Source: a virus (Duplodnaviria; Caudoviricetes). Taken from it: a DNA stretch of 58,780 nucleotides. Within the stretch, counting starts at the first letter, position 1, and each line of letters opens with the position of its first letter. The position numbers were made by a program, and so were the translations under genes. Positions 1 to 11,431 of the stretch are shown piece after piece. Under the pieces are notes generated by a model. The model saw only the letters and a list, made by a program, of their open reading frames with translations. It searched no databases and had not been told where the DNA came from. Where the stretch lies: the IMG/VR virus record IMGVR_UViG_3300008459_000049, positions 1-58,780 of that record; one strand, 5' to 3'.

Positions 1-1074
1 ATTATAATATAAATTTATTTTTTCTTTTGACTGTTTTATACTTAAATTAATTTGATCTTTTAATTGTTTTAATATTTCATTAGTTTTGTCAGAGAAATTA
101 ATTTCTACCCCATATTGATAATAGCAATTATTTGATACATTAAAATCTGTGGCAATAAAAGTTTTATAATTTGTGTATATTGATTCTTCTGAGATATTTT
201 CTTGTAAAACAGTATAAGCTTTTGCATCTTCAAAACCATTATTCTTTTTTTGTTTTTGTTTTCTTAGCAGTTTTTTATTTTGTATTGTGACTATACCAGA
301 AATAAGCTGAGAAGAACTTCCTCTTATAAATTTTTTATATAAAGAATTATCATATATAAGCTGATCATAATTTAAGTTAAAAAATAATCTTATATATCCA
401 TTGTGTTTTGAAGTATAAAGATTAGAAAAATAACTACTTTTTAATTTTTCCAATGGATTTACACGAAAAGAAAATTTTTGACTTAGTGCGCTTCGCAGTT
501 CACTTGAGACAGATACTGATTTACCTATCTGCCTATAATCAAATATTTTATTTTTATCAAAATATCTATCTTGTATAATTCCATTTTGATCTATAATTGT
601 ATATTTGACAAGATTGCCACAAAAATCTTCATCGCTAACAAAATCTGAATCTATGTTCAGATTTCTTATATATTCATCTTTATCTATATAAAAAACCGCT
701 CCAATAGAAAGAAATTTATTTTCTTTTAAAGTATTTTTATCTATAAAATTATATCTAAATTTTGTTTTATATAATAATTTATCTGATTCTTCAAAAAGAT
801 CGCAATTATCATCTGAGATTATAAAATTGTTAGCTTCTATAACAGAATTAATTTTTTTGATAGTATATAATTGAGCAAGATCTTCTTCCATACCATATGA
901 ATTTATTAAAAATAATTTTAATTTTATTTTGTTGTCTTTTATTATATTTTTAAAGCTTAAAGGAGTTGAAAAGCTAACTTTTATTAAAACATCAGTCGCT
1001 GATGAATCAAGTGTTACATTTTCAAGTTGCACACTTGGAAAAGTTTCTACAGGTAAAGGTGGCAATAAATACAT
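1..1074 (-). CDS. Partial hypothetical protein (runs off left edge), probably virion-associated
   Basis: ATG at 1074 (in-frame TTG at 1080) downstream of GGAG. The frame was open where I translated it (start region and window edge), and it is absent from the ORF track, consistent with no stop in the window. Begins MYLLPPLPVETFPSVQLENV. Confidence 0.7.
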   Translation of the reverse strand, partial: MYLLPPLPVETFPSVQLENVTLDSSATDVLIKVSFSTPLSFKNIIKDNKIKLKLFLINSYGMEEDLAQLYTIKKINSVIEANNFIISDDNCDLFEESDKLLYKTKFRYNFIDKNTLKENKFLSIGAVFYIDKDEYIRNLNIDSDFVSDEDFCGNLVKYTIIDQNGIIQDRYFDKNKIFDYRQIGKSVSVSSELRSALSQKFSFRVNPLEKLKSSYFSNLYTSKHNGYIRLFFNLNYDQLIYDNSLYKKFIRGSSSQLISGIVTIQNKKLLRKQKQKKNNGFEDAKAYTVLQENISEESIYTNYKTFIATDFNVSNNCYYQYGVEINFSDKTNEILKQLKDQINLSIKQSKEKINLYYN

Positions 1075-1104
1075 TAACAATATTCTCCGAGTAATTTATG
1101 CTGT

Positions 1105-2067
1105 TTATGGTTCACAATCTTCTTTGGTATCTTCTGTGGTGACACCTGCAACGCTGTCTACTGCACCCGCTACTCCATATACCACTCCATCTTTCTTTAA
1201 TCTAACGCTGGCTGGTAGCATTTCATCATCAACAAATATGTCAAAAAACCATTCTGCGTTTATTGGTATTGGAAATTGATTAAAATTTTCACTATTCAAA
1301 TAGTCATCTAATAATATATTATTTTTAATGTTTGTTGGTTTTTTATCGAAATAAAGCTGATTCCATATTTTATACTTTTTTTCATCTGCTGTCCCGGCAA
1401 ACATTGTTTTTTCTTGTTCTTCAAAAATTTCTATTTCAAAATCATGATTTAAATTTTGGGAATTTTTTTCTTCTATGTTAAAATAATAATATAGGCTTTC
1501 TGGATCTGCTTCTAAAAAGAATTGTTTATCATTATCATCTATAAAACTCTTAAAAAGAGTACCAACAGGCTCTTCTGTTATAAAAATTCTATAATAATTT
1601 GATTTCATATTTATTTGTGGAATATTGATTTTTGTTCCGTTTTCTATATTTCCCTCAAATAATTTTACATTATCTATAGCTCCACTGAGTACAGAAATAT
1701 TCCATGCAGGATAATAGGAGGAATCTACTTGAGAAGTTCCTAGCGGAAAAACATTACTCATGTTTGTTTCTCTGTTAGCAAAACTATGAATAAAATTATT
1801 TTTAATTTTTTGATCGTTTTGTTCTTTAATTAAATTTTCAACTGTACTAAAAAAACCTTGCGGCTTATTAGACGGTGTATTGTTTAAAATTCTTTCTTGA
1901 GATGAATTTTGACTCTCCGAGATATTTGCGTATCTTGAATCGTATAATATATCATCATCGTAAAAAGCATAATATTGTGGAGCAAATTTACCTTTTGAAA
2001 GTAAATGCTTTCCGTATTCAGTTAACTCTATTTTTAATACTTCTTGCTTATCGTCAAAAAAAGACAT
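1105..2067 (-). CDS. Putative virion structural protein (baseplate/tail-associated)
   Basis: 320-aa ORF. N-terminal LTEYGKHLLSKG..YYAFYDDDILYD resembles the LTxxG..LA.G motif of tail-collar/baseplate proteins. Lies within the baseplate operon. Confidence 0.5.
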   Translation of the reverse strand: MSFFDDKQEVLKIELTEYGKHLLSKGKFAPQYYAFYDDDILYDSRYANISESQNSSQERILNNTPSNKPQGFFSTVENLIKEQNDQKIKNNFIHSFANRETNMSNVFPLGTSQVDSSYYPAWNISVLSGAIDNVKLFEGNIENGTKINIPQINMKSNYYRIFITEEPVGTLFKSFIDDNDKQFFLEADPESLYYYFNIEEKNSQNLNHDFEIEIFEEQEKTMFAGTADEKKYKIWNQLYFDKKPTNIKNNILLDDYLNSENFNQFPIPINAEWFFDIFVDDEMLPASVRLKKDGVVYGVAGAVDSVAGVTTEDTKEDCEP

Positions 2068-2074
2068 TAACTAT

Positions 2075-5000
2075 TTATCCTTTTTTAAATTTACTAATAG
2101 AAATTCCAGCTTCAACATTAACTAGTTCAACAAGAGAAAAGAAATCATAAGGCCAGTTATAAGAATATTCAGGTCTTTGTGCTTGTGAAGAGTTACCAAA
2201 CTTGAAAACAAATTTTTTGTCATCTGCATTTGTTTCTGTTAAATCATAATAGCTAATATTAGCATTTTGTTTTACTTTAAACATCTTTAATCTAACATCA
2301 TCTGGTAAATTTTTACCATGGAACATTTCGTCTTTTGATAAATCGTGGTCAATAGTAACAGTATCTTCTTCCACATTATATGAACATTTTGGCATCAATC
2401 CTTGCCATATATCACTTAAATCTTCTGTATCAAGTGTTTGTTTAAATTCAAAAATATACATAACAAACGGATCAATGCTTTTATTTTTTAACCAATTTAA
2501 ATGAGGAGGAATGACATATTTTGTCATAGATCTCATTAATTTTATAATACTGTTGTTTTCATCAACCGAATCAGAATATAATCTTCTTTTTATATCTTCA
2601 TAAGAGGTATTTGAAAACGCATCAAAATCTAGACCACCAAGAACTTTTTTGATAATTTTTCTGTCTATTCTGAAATAATAACCACTAGTTGGTTTTAAAG
2701 AATTATTATCTCTTGTATTAATAAAGTCTTTTAGATTTTCTCCTCTTATGTATGGTACTGTTTCTGCTGTTGTTCCATTTGGTTTTAAATGGTTTTCTAC
2801 ATCAGTATACGGAATTATTACAACAGCTTCTGATATAACTTTATTGTCTCCAAGTGCTCCTATTTGCTTAGGAGTGCTAATTTCAAATCCACAAAGATTA
2901 GCTAAAGATTGTACATTAGCACCAGAAGGAGACTCTGCCAGACGTAAAGTTATACCAGTATCTTGTGTTGCTGGTTTTCCGTATGTTGTCCAAAGACCTT
3001 TAAATTTATATGTATACGCTCCGTCAGCATTATTAGTAACTAATGATTTTAATCCAATGTTGTCATCTAATTGTGAATCTGCAAAATTTATACTTGGTGT
3101 TTCAAACTTGGTTTGAATTACCCACGCATCTCCCATTTCCCCAGCAGACACAGTATTAACTTCATATGTATTTCCTTTAAACGTTGGTATATATTTTGTA
3201 GTTGTTTCAAAAAGATTTACGCTAGAATTTATAGTCATCATATTTTTATATGCAGGAGATGAGCTATAGTTATCAGAAATATTATTTAAATTTTTTGATC
3301 TTGATCTAAAAAGTAATTCTGCTTTTATATTTTTATATTCTACAGAACACGCTTCAATTATTTCTTTTATAGAATATTCTCTTGTGTCATTAGCGGTAAA
3401 AGAAATTCTTGCAATAGAATCTCCATAGTAATATGGAGGAACGTATGGTGCATACGCTGGAGTGTCTATAAATTTAAAATACAGATTATATGGAGATTTA
3501 GAAAATAAACTTGTAGCAGTCGCACTGTTTATTGTATTCCAATATCTGGATGGCGGGCCATATAATGAATCTACGGATGGTAATAATAAAGTTCCATTAG
3601 AAAAATTATTATTTATTGTTTTTAAATTTTCATAATACGGATCAGCTATAAAAGATTTATATCCGCTATCTTTTTCTAGAACTACATCCATTTTATATGT
3701 AATTCCTTTTTGTGCATAAACTTTTGTTTTATTTGAAACAAATTTATTTAATCCATTTTTTAAGAAAAAAGATGGAACTTCTGCTAAGAAGTTATGCATA
3801 GCTAATTGATAATTTGAATCTAAAAACTTAAATTTCTTTAATGATCCAGAGCCCATATTATATGATGGATAACTTAAGGAATCGTAATCAGAGCCGGTAA
3901 GAATATCCGATGTATAATGAGTTGGATTTAAGTAATATAGATTATTTTCATCTTGCTTTAAATTATCTGGAATAATTGAATCAAATTCAATAAGAGATTC
4001 AAAAGGTAATCTAAAATTAGGATCTTGTTCAAGATAATTTACTGGCTTATATTTATAGAATAATGTTCCCCACGACGCAGGATCAAAAGCTGAATTTGTT
4101 ATAAGCTCACTGTTTGAAGATGAATAAAACGCTGGTGGAATTACACCATCATATAAAACACTGCTGGTTATAAATACAGGCCAGTCAACAGCAATTGATG
4201 ATTTTATTGTATTTAATAAAATGCCTGGTGCGAATAGTGGCTGCAAAAGAGTTAAAATTTGTCCTTGTATTGGAGTATTATTTGATAATATATACTGAAA
4301 TTGATCATTTATATTAATTGAAGAAGTTATATCAGCATTTTTTAATATAAATGAATTTATAAAGTATTTACTTAATGTTGTTACTCTCTCGCTTGGATAA
4401 AAATCTTTCTTTGGCAAGAATTTCTTTAATCCAGAAACTTTTAATTTTAAGTGTTTAACTGAAACTTCGTTTTGATCATACTTTAAATTATTATCTGATA
4501 TAATATTAAAATTTAAAATATTTGTATTATTTTGGAACAATCCACCATCTATTTTTAAATAATTTGGTGTTACGATAGAATTAAAAGTGTTTGGTTTTTT
4601 AATATAATCTTTTATATAATCACTTATTGTAAATTCTGGAATTATAGAGTACTTTTGAGAAGTTTGCTTTAATCCTTCAAAGTATTCTTCGTATGAATTA
4701 AAAAATGGTTTTTTATTTGAAAGAGTATTTACTTCGTAAGTATATCCATCATTTATGATATAGGTTCCATTACTTTTCGTAAATATTGTTACAAGTGGAG
4801 TTTTATTTGAATATTTTACATCAAAAATTTTCATAGAACCACTAAAAGGAGGTATGAAATTATTAAATGTTAATTGAGGGTGAGGTATTAAAATATCTTT
4901 ATAAGATTTATAGCCCTCTACTAGATTTGGATATATATTTTTTTGGTCTTTAAGAGTTGGACCGTTTCTATGATTACGCAAATAACCAGAAAAAATAATA

Positions 5001-8000
5001 TATTTATCACTGTTTATAATGCTATTTATACCTTCAAATCTATTATAAGAAGCCCCGCTCCTTTTTTGAGATTTTCCAATATATGACCAACTAGTTCCAT
5101 CCCATCTGCCCATTCCATTCAAATCAACACCATCATTAGTGGCCTGAAATCCTCCGCCGGCATATATACCATCTGATCTAGAAAATAATGTACTGATTCC
5201 GTTATCTATACCCGTGCCGACACTTTGAATAGTTGCCCCATTCCATCTCTTAATATGCCCATACCATTGATCCCCTCCAATATAAACACCATCAGAAGCG
5301 CTTAATATGGTATATCCATAGGTTGCACTAATAATACCACCACCAGAACCTGTAAATTGAAGAATTCTAAAATCACTATCCGAGCCAGCTGGATATATCT
5401 GCACTGATCCTAAAAGTTGCCAAGTCGAAACAGAAGGATTAGATAAGCTACCCGTAAATTTTCTTAAAGGCGTTTCATTACCAGCTATACATGCAGCATA
5501 TAATCCATCAGAACCACTGATAATGCTATGGCAAGTAGCTCCATTTACTCCAACAGTACCAATGTTACTCCAACTTGATCCATTCCATAAGCGAAACTGG
5601 GATGTTGTTAGGTAATTAGGTGTCATACCACCTACTATTATACCACTCGAAGAAGATACAATAGTATTAGCTCCCCAATAAGTAATAAAATCGTCTGCTG
5701 GGAATAAGGAACCAGTTATATATTTCCAGGAAGATCCATTCCAGCGAGCAACAGAGCCAGAAAATGTGCCAACAGCGTATAAACCATCAGAGCAACTAAT
5801 CATTGATTTTACAAATATTTTTGGTGTTGAACCACTCATTGAGGCACTTAACGCTGTAGAAAGTGGTGAAAATTTTGATCCATTCCACAAAGTAATACTT
5901 GATCCAACAGAACTTGAAACAAAATCACCAGCAAAATAAATTCCTTCAGAACAGCTCAGTGAGCAAACTACCAAAGAAGATGTATTAAAAATACTAAGAG
6001 GTTCAATATTACCACTTATATTATAAAAATTATTGTTTTCAACATCATATAAAATAATATTATCAACTGGATATTCTATTTGATTTAAGATATTTGTTTT
6101 TTCTTCTACGAGTGAATTCTTATATAAATTACCTCTTATATAATCATTATAATTTATTGTATAAGAATATTGTGATGGCATAGAGGAACTTATGCTGCCA
6201 CTATATGATGTTTTTGCATCTGTTGAAAAAATAGACTCACGTGCAGAAGATCCTGAGTTTATAACTATACTACTAGTATAGTTTAAATTATATTCAGAAC
6301 CACCTCTATTATAAATATAAGCTTTAAAGTCTGGAACAGATGAAAAACTATTATTACCCATTTCAAATAAATCAATAGAGCTAGTTGATCTTGCTCTATT
6401 GGAAATATCATCTTTCCAATAAGTTCTTATATTACTAACAGATTGTTTTGATCCAAGATCATCGTAATTTGGTTTAAATCTTGTTTCTTTTAAGCCAACT
6501 TTTTCTTTTCTTGGAAATACCATTTCTTTATATTCTATATATTTTAGTAATGGTTTTTGAATAATATCGCTATTTTGTGCTTTTAAAATAAGATCATGAA
6601 ATTGCTCTGATGTTTTTGCAGACGTATTTAATGCTATTGATAAATTTTTATTTGCAAATTTATTTTTATTATTATCATACGAAGAAACTGCTTTTATAAG
6701 TTCCTCAGAGCCTAACATAGAGATATCATGATTCATTGGAATATTATATTCTATAGGTGGCTCTATGTGTTGTTTAAGAACACTAGTTGATCTTTTAATA
6801 AACTTTTGTGGTCTGCCAAAAATATCATAGAATGTTTGTGGCTCAGTTTCATGAGTGACTACTTTATTGGTTTTTCTGAAAGCATATACAAATTTATTAT
6901 CTTGATTTCTTATTTGTCTCCAGCTTGCACCTTGATAAGGACCATTCATATTTAATAAATAATTATTTAAATTAGTTACAGTAACGTTCATCTGATTAGA
7001 TGAAAAATCATAGTCTTTAATGACAGATGAAGTTAAGTTTAGTCCACTAAAATCTAAGTTACTAGCTGTATAGAATGAAGAAGATCCGTAAAATTCTAAA
7101 TTAGGAAATGTCGTTCCTATGTATCCACTTGCTTTTGGCTTATTTGTTAATGAATGGGTTATCCATAGGTATTGAGAATCGCTTCTTGGAATTTGATGAC
7201 TAATAAACCAGTTATCATAATCAGCTGATTGTGAACCATTTGTATCTATTTTATATCCAACATTTTTATTTATTTTATGATATGAAGGGTTCTCTTTATC
7301 TAAGCTAGAAGATTCACTTAGCCATCTGTTATATTGTCGTCTAACAATTAAATTTCTATTGTTTAATGAGTTATAAACAGAAAATTCTTCTGCTTCTGCA
7401 TCAAGAGCGCCACGGCTGTTTACTTCTGGGCCACCTGGAGCAGAAAATCTTTCAACAAATATTGTTTTTATAACTGGTCTTACTGGTAATGTACGATCCG
7501 CACTATTACTTGAAGTAATATTTAGGGAGGATAGAATTTCTGGTAAGCCTTTGTTATTGTTTGTACGACCAGAAGTTTGAAAATATTCGTATGTATTTAA
7601 ATAATTTCCTAATACTTTTGGCTTTTTATAAATTTGACCAGAGCCGGTAACTTCATCAAAAGCAAACTTAAATGTTGAATTTATTTTATTATTTGAAATT
7701 TTAACTGGAGATATAGAATCTACTGGATTTTGTAATAATTCAACTTTTAGATCATTAACCTTAGAAAAACCTCTGACAAAATCACTTGCATATTCATACG
7801 GCTTCCCAGACTTATAATCATAGGAAAGTGGTACTGAATTTAAATTTTTTGCTGTCTTTACTTTTCTTATTGTTTCTCTTGCTGTATCGACTTCTACAAC
7901 ACCAGAAGCTATTTTTGAGCCATCTTGTAGGGTAATTGTATCATTGCGTTGCAATCTATCTCTTAGCCACTTTAAGCCAGCTGAAACAGATCCATGTTGT

Positions 8001-11000
8001 GCTCTTTGATCCTCATATTTATATGAATTAAATGAAGAAAATGTTGCAACTGGGTCACTTCTTCTTGAAATTATTGGAAGTCTATTTTCATACTTATTTC
8101 TCTCTAACATATGACTTTCAATAATATTATTGAATCTAGAAGAAACCTCGGCAGATGCTGGGAATAGCTGCGAAACCATTATAAGAATAGAATTGTCAAT
8201 CCATTTAAAGAATTGAAGGAACTTTTCAAAATCAGGAGTATTTCCTACTCTCTCAAAGAAAAGATTTCTTAACCTTTCAAGGCTTTTATATTCTTTTCTA
8301 TATCTTTCTAGAGGTTCTCCTATTAAATTATTAAAAGAATTTATGGTTCCAAGCCAATTTAAAATTTGTGTATCAATAATTTGATACATGCTTTTTTCTA
8401 GAGAATAGAAATAGTTTATTGGTCGTGTTTCTTTAGTATAATTTACATCATCGCCAGTTCTTATTTGTATTAAATCGCTTCCATCTAGAGTTTCCCAATT
8501 CTTTTGTGATGCGTTATTAAAAAACTCATTATTTGCTATTGTTTTATCGCTTGGATAGAAATTAATACCGTAACCAGTGTGTCTATAATTTGCAATTTTT
8601 CCTATCCATCCATATGAATTATTTACTTTTTCATAACTTCCACTTGAGGCATCTTCTACAAATAATTCACCTGAGGAATTGGAAGATGAGATTTGATTAA
8701 AATCCCAGTTAAGCGTCAGCATGGACTGCTTAGAAACACCAATGTTATTTATTGCTGAGTTTTGTATATGTGCATTTCTTTCTGGATGCGCTGTACCAAA
8801 ATTATTTATATCATAAGCATGAGCTAATAATTCTTCGTCGGTAACATAATCAAGCCAATATCTTATAGAGCTTAATTTTATATTTGTTTTTGCAATATTT
8901 GTTTGAGCTTTATCATAATTTGTAAAATGAGCACCAGCAAATATTCTTTTGTTAACAGAGAGTGCGTTCTTTCCATATTGAACTGGGACAGAAGCTGATA
9001 TAGCGAACTTGTTTTGCACATAATCCGTTAATGTATTTATACCAACAAGCTCAATTATGTAAGTTCCATTATTGCCAACAGATGTATTATAGCTTGGATA
9101 ACTGTAGTGTTTTATTCTTACTGCAAGGTTCCATTTTTCATTTTCATATACATCAGTAAAATAACTAGAGGTCGCTGAAAATGGATATACGTTGAGAGAT
9201 GAATCTTTAAAAGATCCAGAAAGTTTGAAATAAACATCTTTGCTGTTATTATCTCTCTTCTGGGCAGTTACAGCGAAATTAAATTCATCATTCCCCCAAG
9301 AATAAATAGATTCATTGTTGTTGGCTGTATGTGCTCCAAAGAGAGAAACAGTTGAAAAATCCTCTAAAACATAGTTTGGATCATCATATTCTAGTTTCTT
9401 TGGAAAAATAATTTCTGCTTCTACAGTTATTGGAACAAAATCTAATTTTCCTTCAAGATTTCCACTTATAAAACCACTTGTACCAACATCCCCAGAGACA
9501 GTTTTCTGTATTATAAACCCATTATTATTGTCAACATTGCTAAAATCTAAAGTCTTTTTATTAACAACTGAATAGGAATATTTATTTTTTATTTCATATT
9601 CTGAGTTATTAGAGTAGATATTTAATTTGATTAACTCATCGTCTATTCCATAGCATCTCAATAGATTTCTAATAGACTTTTCCGTTCCTTTTGATTTATA
9701 GATATAAACTAAATTATTGTATATATTTTGATAAATTGCATTTTTTATATCATTAATTTTTTTATCATATTCCGTTGTTTCGTTTCTAGAAAGAAGAGTT
9801 TCTAGAAGGCTTGCATCATTAAATATTTCAAAATTTTCAAAATTATATGAAGAAAGTATCTTATCTATAAAAACATTTGGTTTTGTTGATTCTTTATAAT
9901 AATTAACGTCTTTTATTCTTGGTAGATTCTCAATTTGTAAATGTAAAGTGTCAAAATAACTTGACATTATTTGCAATAAATTCTCTAATTCTTCACTTTT
10001 GCTCTCTTCTTGTTCTTCCATAATCCAAGAAGGAATACTGTTATAAATGCTCGCATTATTATATTCATCCCACAGAGAGCCACTCTTAGAAGTATTTTCT
10101 AAAACGTCTATAACAAGTGGGCTACTTGAGTAAATAATTGGATCACTGACCTCTGAAAAATCAGAAGAATATGAATTTATAGCAGATCCAGTATTTCTTG
10201 ATGTCGATGAATAATTTTTTATTGTACCGTTAGAAATTCTTCCAGAATAGTCTAATACTTTAGCATCTATTGAGCTATTACCTGTTATACCTTCATTGAA
10301 TTTAAAATAAACACCAAGCTCAGTATTGGAATCATCTCTATTTGATCCACCGTCAACATTAGTAAACCAATATCTACCAATATCTCTTGAAAGCCGCTGC
10401 TCCTTCCAGAATCTAAATTCATCAAATGAGCCCGAGGGAGTTCCTAAACCAGCATATCCAGATGAGATGCCGCTTTCGTCTGCTTGCCTTGCACCAATCG
10501 AAGCTTTAAGTTTTGCATTGTTTGCTAAATTTATCTTTCCAACAGATGGAATAGTTTTTGTTACTTTAAGCTGTCCATCAATATATATTGATACATCTAA
10601 GCTTGAAGTTGTTATTGAGTTATTTTTAAAAGAAAATGCATAGTGATGCCATTGATTTGGCGTTGGAATATCGCAAGCTATTGCATAATTTGAAATACCA
10701 GAAGACCCAGATCTATAATCAAAATAAAAACTATTTTCTTTATTTAATCTGTTTATTGCTAATCTTGTATAATTTACACTAGAGGATAATTCACCGTTCC
10801 ATAAATCAAATAATGTATAAAAAGAATGGAAAATGGATGGAGAAACGCTAGAACTTGGAACATTATCCTTGAACCAAAACTCTACAGTATTTCCCTTATC
10901 TGTGATACCTAAATTTGATTCTCTGTTTTTACTAATATCATATATGTTAGAAGAATCAAAAGCATCTTTTATGCTGGAATATCCATTTAAAGAACTATTA

Positions 11001-11431
11001 GGGCCGCCAAATACTTCAACGTTTTGAATAACTGACGATGTACGATGATCGATTACGCCAGTCTTAATTCCAAGGTTTACAGCTTGAAGATTTATATAGC
11101 CAGTTGTTTTTGGATAAATATTGTCATAGACGTATAGGTCAATTTGTGTTGACTTATTTCTCCACTCTTGCTTCTCTTTTTTAGATCCATCATATGGATA
11201 TCTTTGATAGATGTTTTTAATTGCATCAACATAATATTTCTCTGCTGATCCATATCTAGCAAAATTAGAAGCAGTAGAAAAATCTACTTCTGGTAGATAT
11301 CTTCCAGAATCTTCTGATGATTTTTCTAAAAACTCTTCGGACTCAAATTCATCATAAATTTCTTTTGCTATTTGGGAGTTTACTACTTTTGTTGTTTTAT
11401 CAAAAAGATCTTTTAAAGACATTTTATCCAA
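2075..11431 (-). CDS. Giant baseplate wedge-like virion protein with LamG/ConA-like domains and beta-propeller repeats
   Basis: 3118-aa ORF (start may be ATG 11422). LamG-like motifs TVEFWFK, WHHYAFS, YIDGQL, GSFDEFRFW. YKSKGTEKSIRNLL resembles P2 gpI/T4 gp7 wedge proteins. Repeated GxYAxG..WNGSSW blades at about 5.0-6.0 kb. Confidence 0.65.
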   Translation of the reverse strand: MDKMSLKDLFDKTTKVVNSQIAKEIYDEFESEEFLEKSSEDSGRYLPEVDFSTASNFARYGSAEKYYVDAIKNIYQRYPYDGSKKEKQEWRNKSTQIDLYVYDNIYPKTTGYINLQAVNLGIKTGVIDHRTSSVIQNVEVFGGPNSSLNGYSSIKDAFDSSNIYDISKNRESNLGITDKGNTVEFWFKDNVPSSSVSPSIFHSFYTLFDLWNGELSSSVNYTRLAINRLNKENSFYFDYRSGSSGISNYAIACDIPTPNQWHHYAFSFKNNSITTSSLDVSIYIDGQLKVTKTIPSVGKINLANNAKLKASIGARQADESGISSGYAGLGTPSGSFDEFRFWKEQRLSRDIGRYWFTNVDGGSNRDDSNTELGVYFKFNEGITGNSSIDAKVLDYSGRISNGTIKNYSSTSRNTGSAINSYSSDFSEVSDPIIYSSSPLVIDVLENTSKSGSLWDEYNNASIYNSIPSWIMEEQEESKSEELENLLQIMSSYFDTLHLQIENLPRIKDVNYYKESTKPNVFIDKILSSYNFENFEIFNDASLLETLLSRNETTEYDKKINDIKNAIYQNIYNNLVYIYKSKGTEKSIRNLLRCYGIDDELIKLNIYSNNSEYEIKNKYSYSVVNKKTLDFSNVDNNNGFIIQKTVSGDVGTSGFISGNLEGKLDFVPITVEAEIIFPKKLEYDDPNYVLEDFSTVSLFGAHTANNNESIYSWGNDEFNFAVTAQKRDNNSKDVYFKLSGSFKDSSLNVYPFSATSSYFTDVYENEKWNLAVRIKHYSYPSYNTSVGNNGTYIIELVGINTLTDYVQNKFAISASVPVQYGKNALSVNKRIFAGAHFTNYDKAQTNIAKTNIKLSSIRYWLDYVTDEELLAHAYDINNFGTAHPERNAHIQNSAINNIGVSKQSMLTLNWDFNQISSSNSSGELFVEDASSGSYEKVNNSYGWIGKIANYRHTGYGINFYPSDKTIANNEFFNNASQKNWETLDGSDLIQIRTGDDVNYTKETRPINYFYSLEKSMYQIIDTQILNWLGTINSFNNLIGEPLERYRKEYKSLERLRNLFFERVGNTPDFEKFLQFFKWIDNSILIMVSQLFPASAEVSSRFNNIIESHMLERNKYENRLPIISRRSDPVATFSSFNSYKYEDQRAQHGSVSAGLKWLRDRLQRNDTITLQDGSKIASGVVEVDTARETIRKVKTAKNLNSVPLSYDYKSGKPYEYASDFVRGFSKVNDLKVELLQNPVDSISPVKISNNKINSTFKFAFDEVTGSGQIYKKPKVLGNYLNTYEYFQTSGRTNNNKGLPEILSSLNITSSNSADRTLPVRPVIKTIFVERFSAPGGPEVNSRGALDAEAEEFSVYNSLNNRNLIVRRQYNRWLSESSSLDKENPSYHKINKNVGYKIDTNGSQSADYDNWFISHQIPRSDSQYLWITHSLTNKPKASGYIGTTFPNLEFYGSSSFYTASNLDFSGLNLTSSVIKDYDFSSNQMNVTVTNLNNYLLNMNGPYQGASWRQIRNQDNKFVYAFRKTNKVVTHETEPQTFYDIFGRPQKFIKRSTSVLKQHIEPPIEYNIPMNHDISMLGSEELIKAVSSYDNNKNKFANKNLSIALNTSAKTSEQFHDLILKAQNSDIIQKPLLKYIEYKEMVFPRKEKVGLKETRFKPNYDDLGSKQSVSNIRTYWKDDISNRARSTSSIDLFEMGNNSFSSVPDFKAYIYNRGGSEYNLNYTSSIVINSGSSARESIFSTDAKTSYSGSISSSMPSQYSYTINYNDYIRGNLYKNSLVEEKTNILNQIEYPVDNIILYDVENNNFYNISGNIEPLSIFNTSSLVVCSLSCSEGIYFAGDFVSSSVGSSITLWNGSKFSPLSTALSASMSGSTPKIFVKSMISCSDGLYAVGTFSGSVARWNGSSWKYITGSLFPADDFITYWGANTIVSSSSGIIVGGMTPNYLTTSQFRLWNGSSWSNIGTVGVNGATCHSIISGSDGLYAACIAGNETPLRKFTGSLSNPSVSTWQLLGSVQIYPAGSDSDFRILQFTGSGGGIISATYGYTILSASDGVYIGGDQWYGHIKRWNGATIQSVGTGIDNGISTLFSRSDGIYAGGGFQATNDGVDLNGMGRWDGTSWSYIGKSQKRSGASYNRFEGINSIINSDKYIIFSGYLRNHRNGPTLKDQKNIYPNLVEGYKSYKDILIPHPQLTFNNFIPPFSGSMKIFDVKYSNKTPLVTIFTKSNGTYIINDGYTYEVNTLSNKKPFFNSYEEYFEGLKQTSQKYSIIPEFTISDYIKDYIKKPNTFNSIVTPNYLKIDGGLFQNNTNILNFNIISDNNLKYDQNEVSVKHLKLKVSGLKKFLPKKDFYPSERVTTLSKYFINSFILKNADITSSININDQFQYILSNNTPIQGQILTLLQPLFAPGILLNTIKSSIAVDWPVFITSSVLYDGVIPPAFYSSSNSELITNSAFDPASWGTLFYKYKPVNYLEQDPNFRLPFESLIEFDSIIPDNLKQDENNLYYLNPTHYTSDILTGSDYDSLSYPSYNMGSGSLKKFKFLDSNYQLAMHNFLAEVPSFFLKNGLNKFVSNKTKVYAQKGITYKMDVVLEKDSGYKSFIADPYYENLKTINNNFSNGTLLLPSVDSLYGPPSRYWNTINSATATSLFSKSPYNLYFKFIDTPAYAPYVPPYYYGDSIARISFTANDTREYSIKEIIEACSVEYKNIKAELLFRSRSKNLNNISDNYSSSPAYKNMMTINSSVNLFETTTKYIPTFKGNTYEVNTVSAGEMGDAWVIQTKFETPSINFADSQLDDNIGLKSLVTNNADGAYTYKFKGLWTTYGKPATQDTGITLRLAESPSGANVQSLANLCGFEISTPKQIGALGDNKVISEAVVIIPYTDVENHLKPNGTTAETVPYIRGENLKDFINTRDNNSLKPTSGYYFRIDRKIIKKVLGGLDFDAFSNTSYEDIKRRLYSDSVDENNSIIKLMRSMTKYVIPPHLNWLKNKSIDPFVMYIFEFKQTLDTEDLSDIWQGLMPKCSYNVEEDTVTIDHDLSKDEMFHGKNLPDDVRLKMFKVKQNANISYYDLTETNADDKKFVFKFGNSSQAQRPEYSYNWPYDFFSLVELVNVEAGISISKFKKG

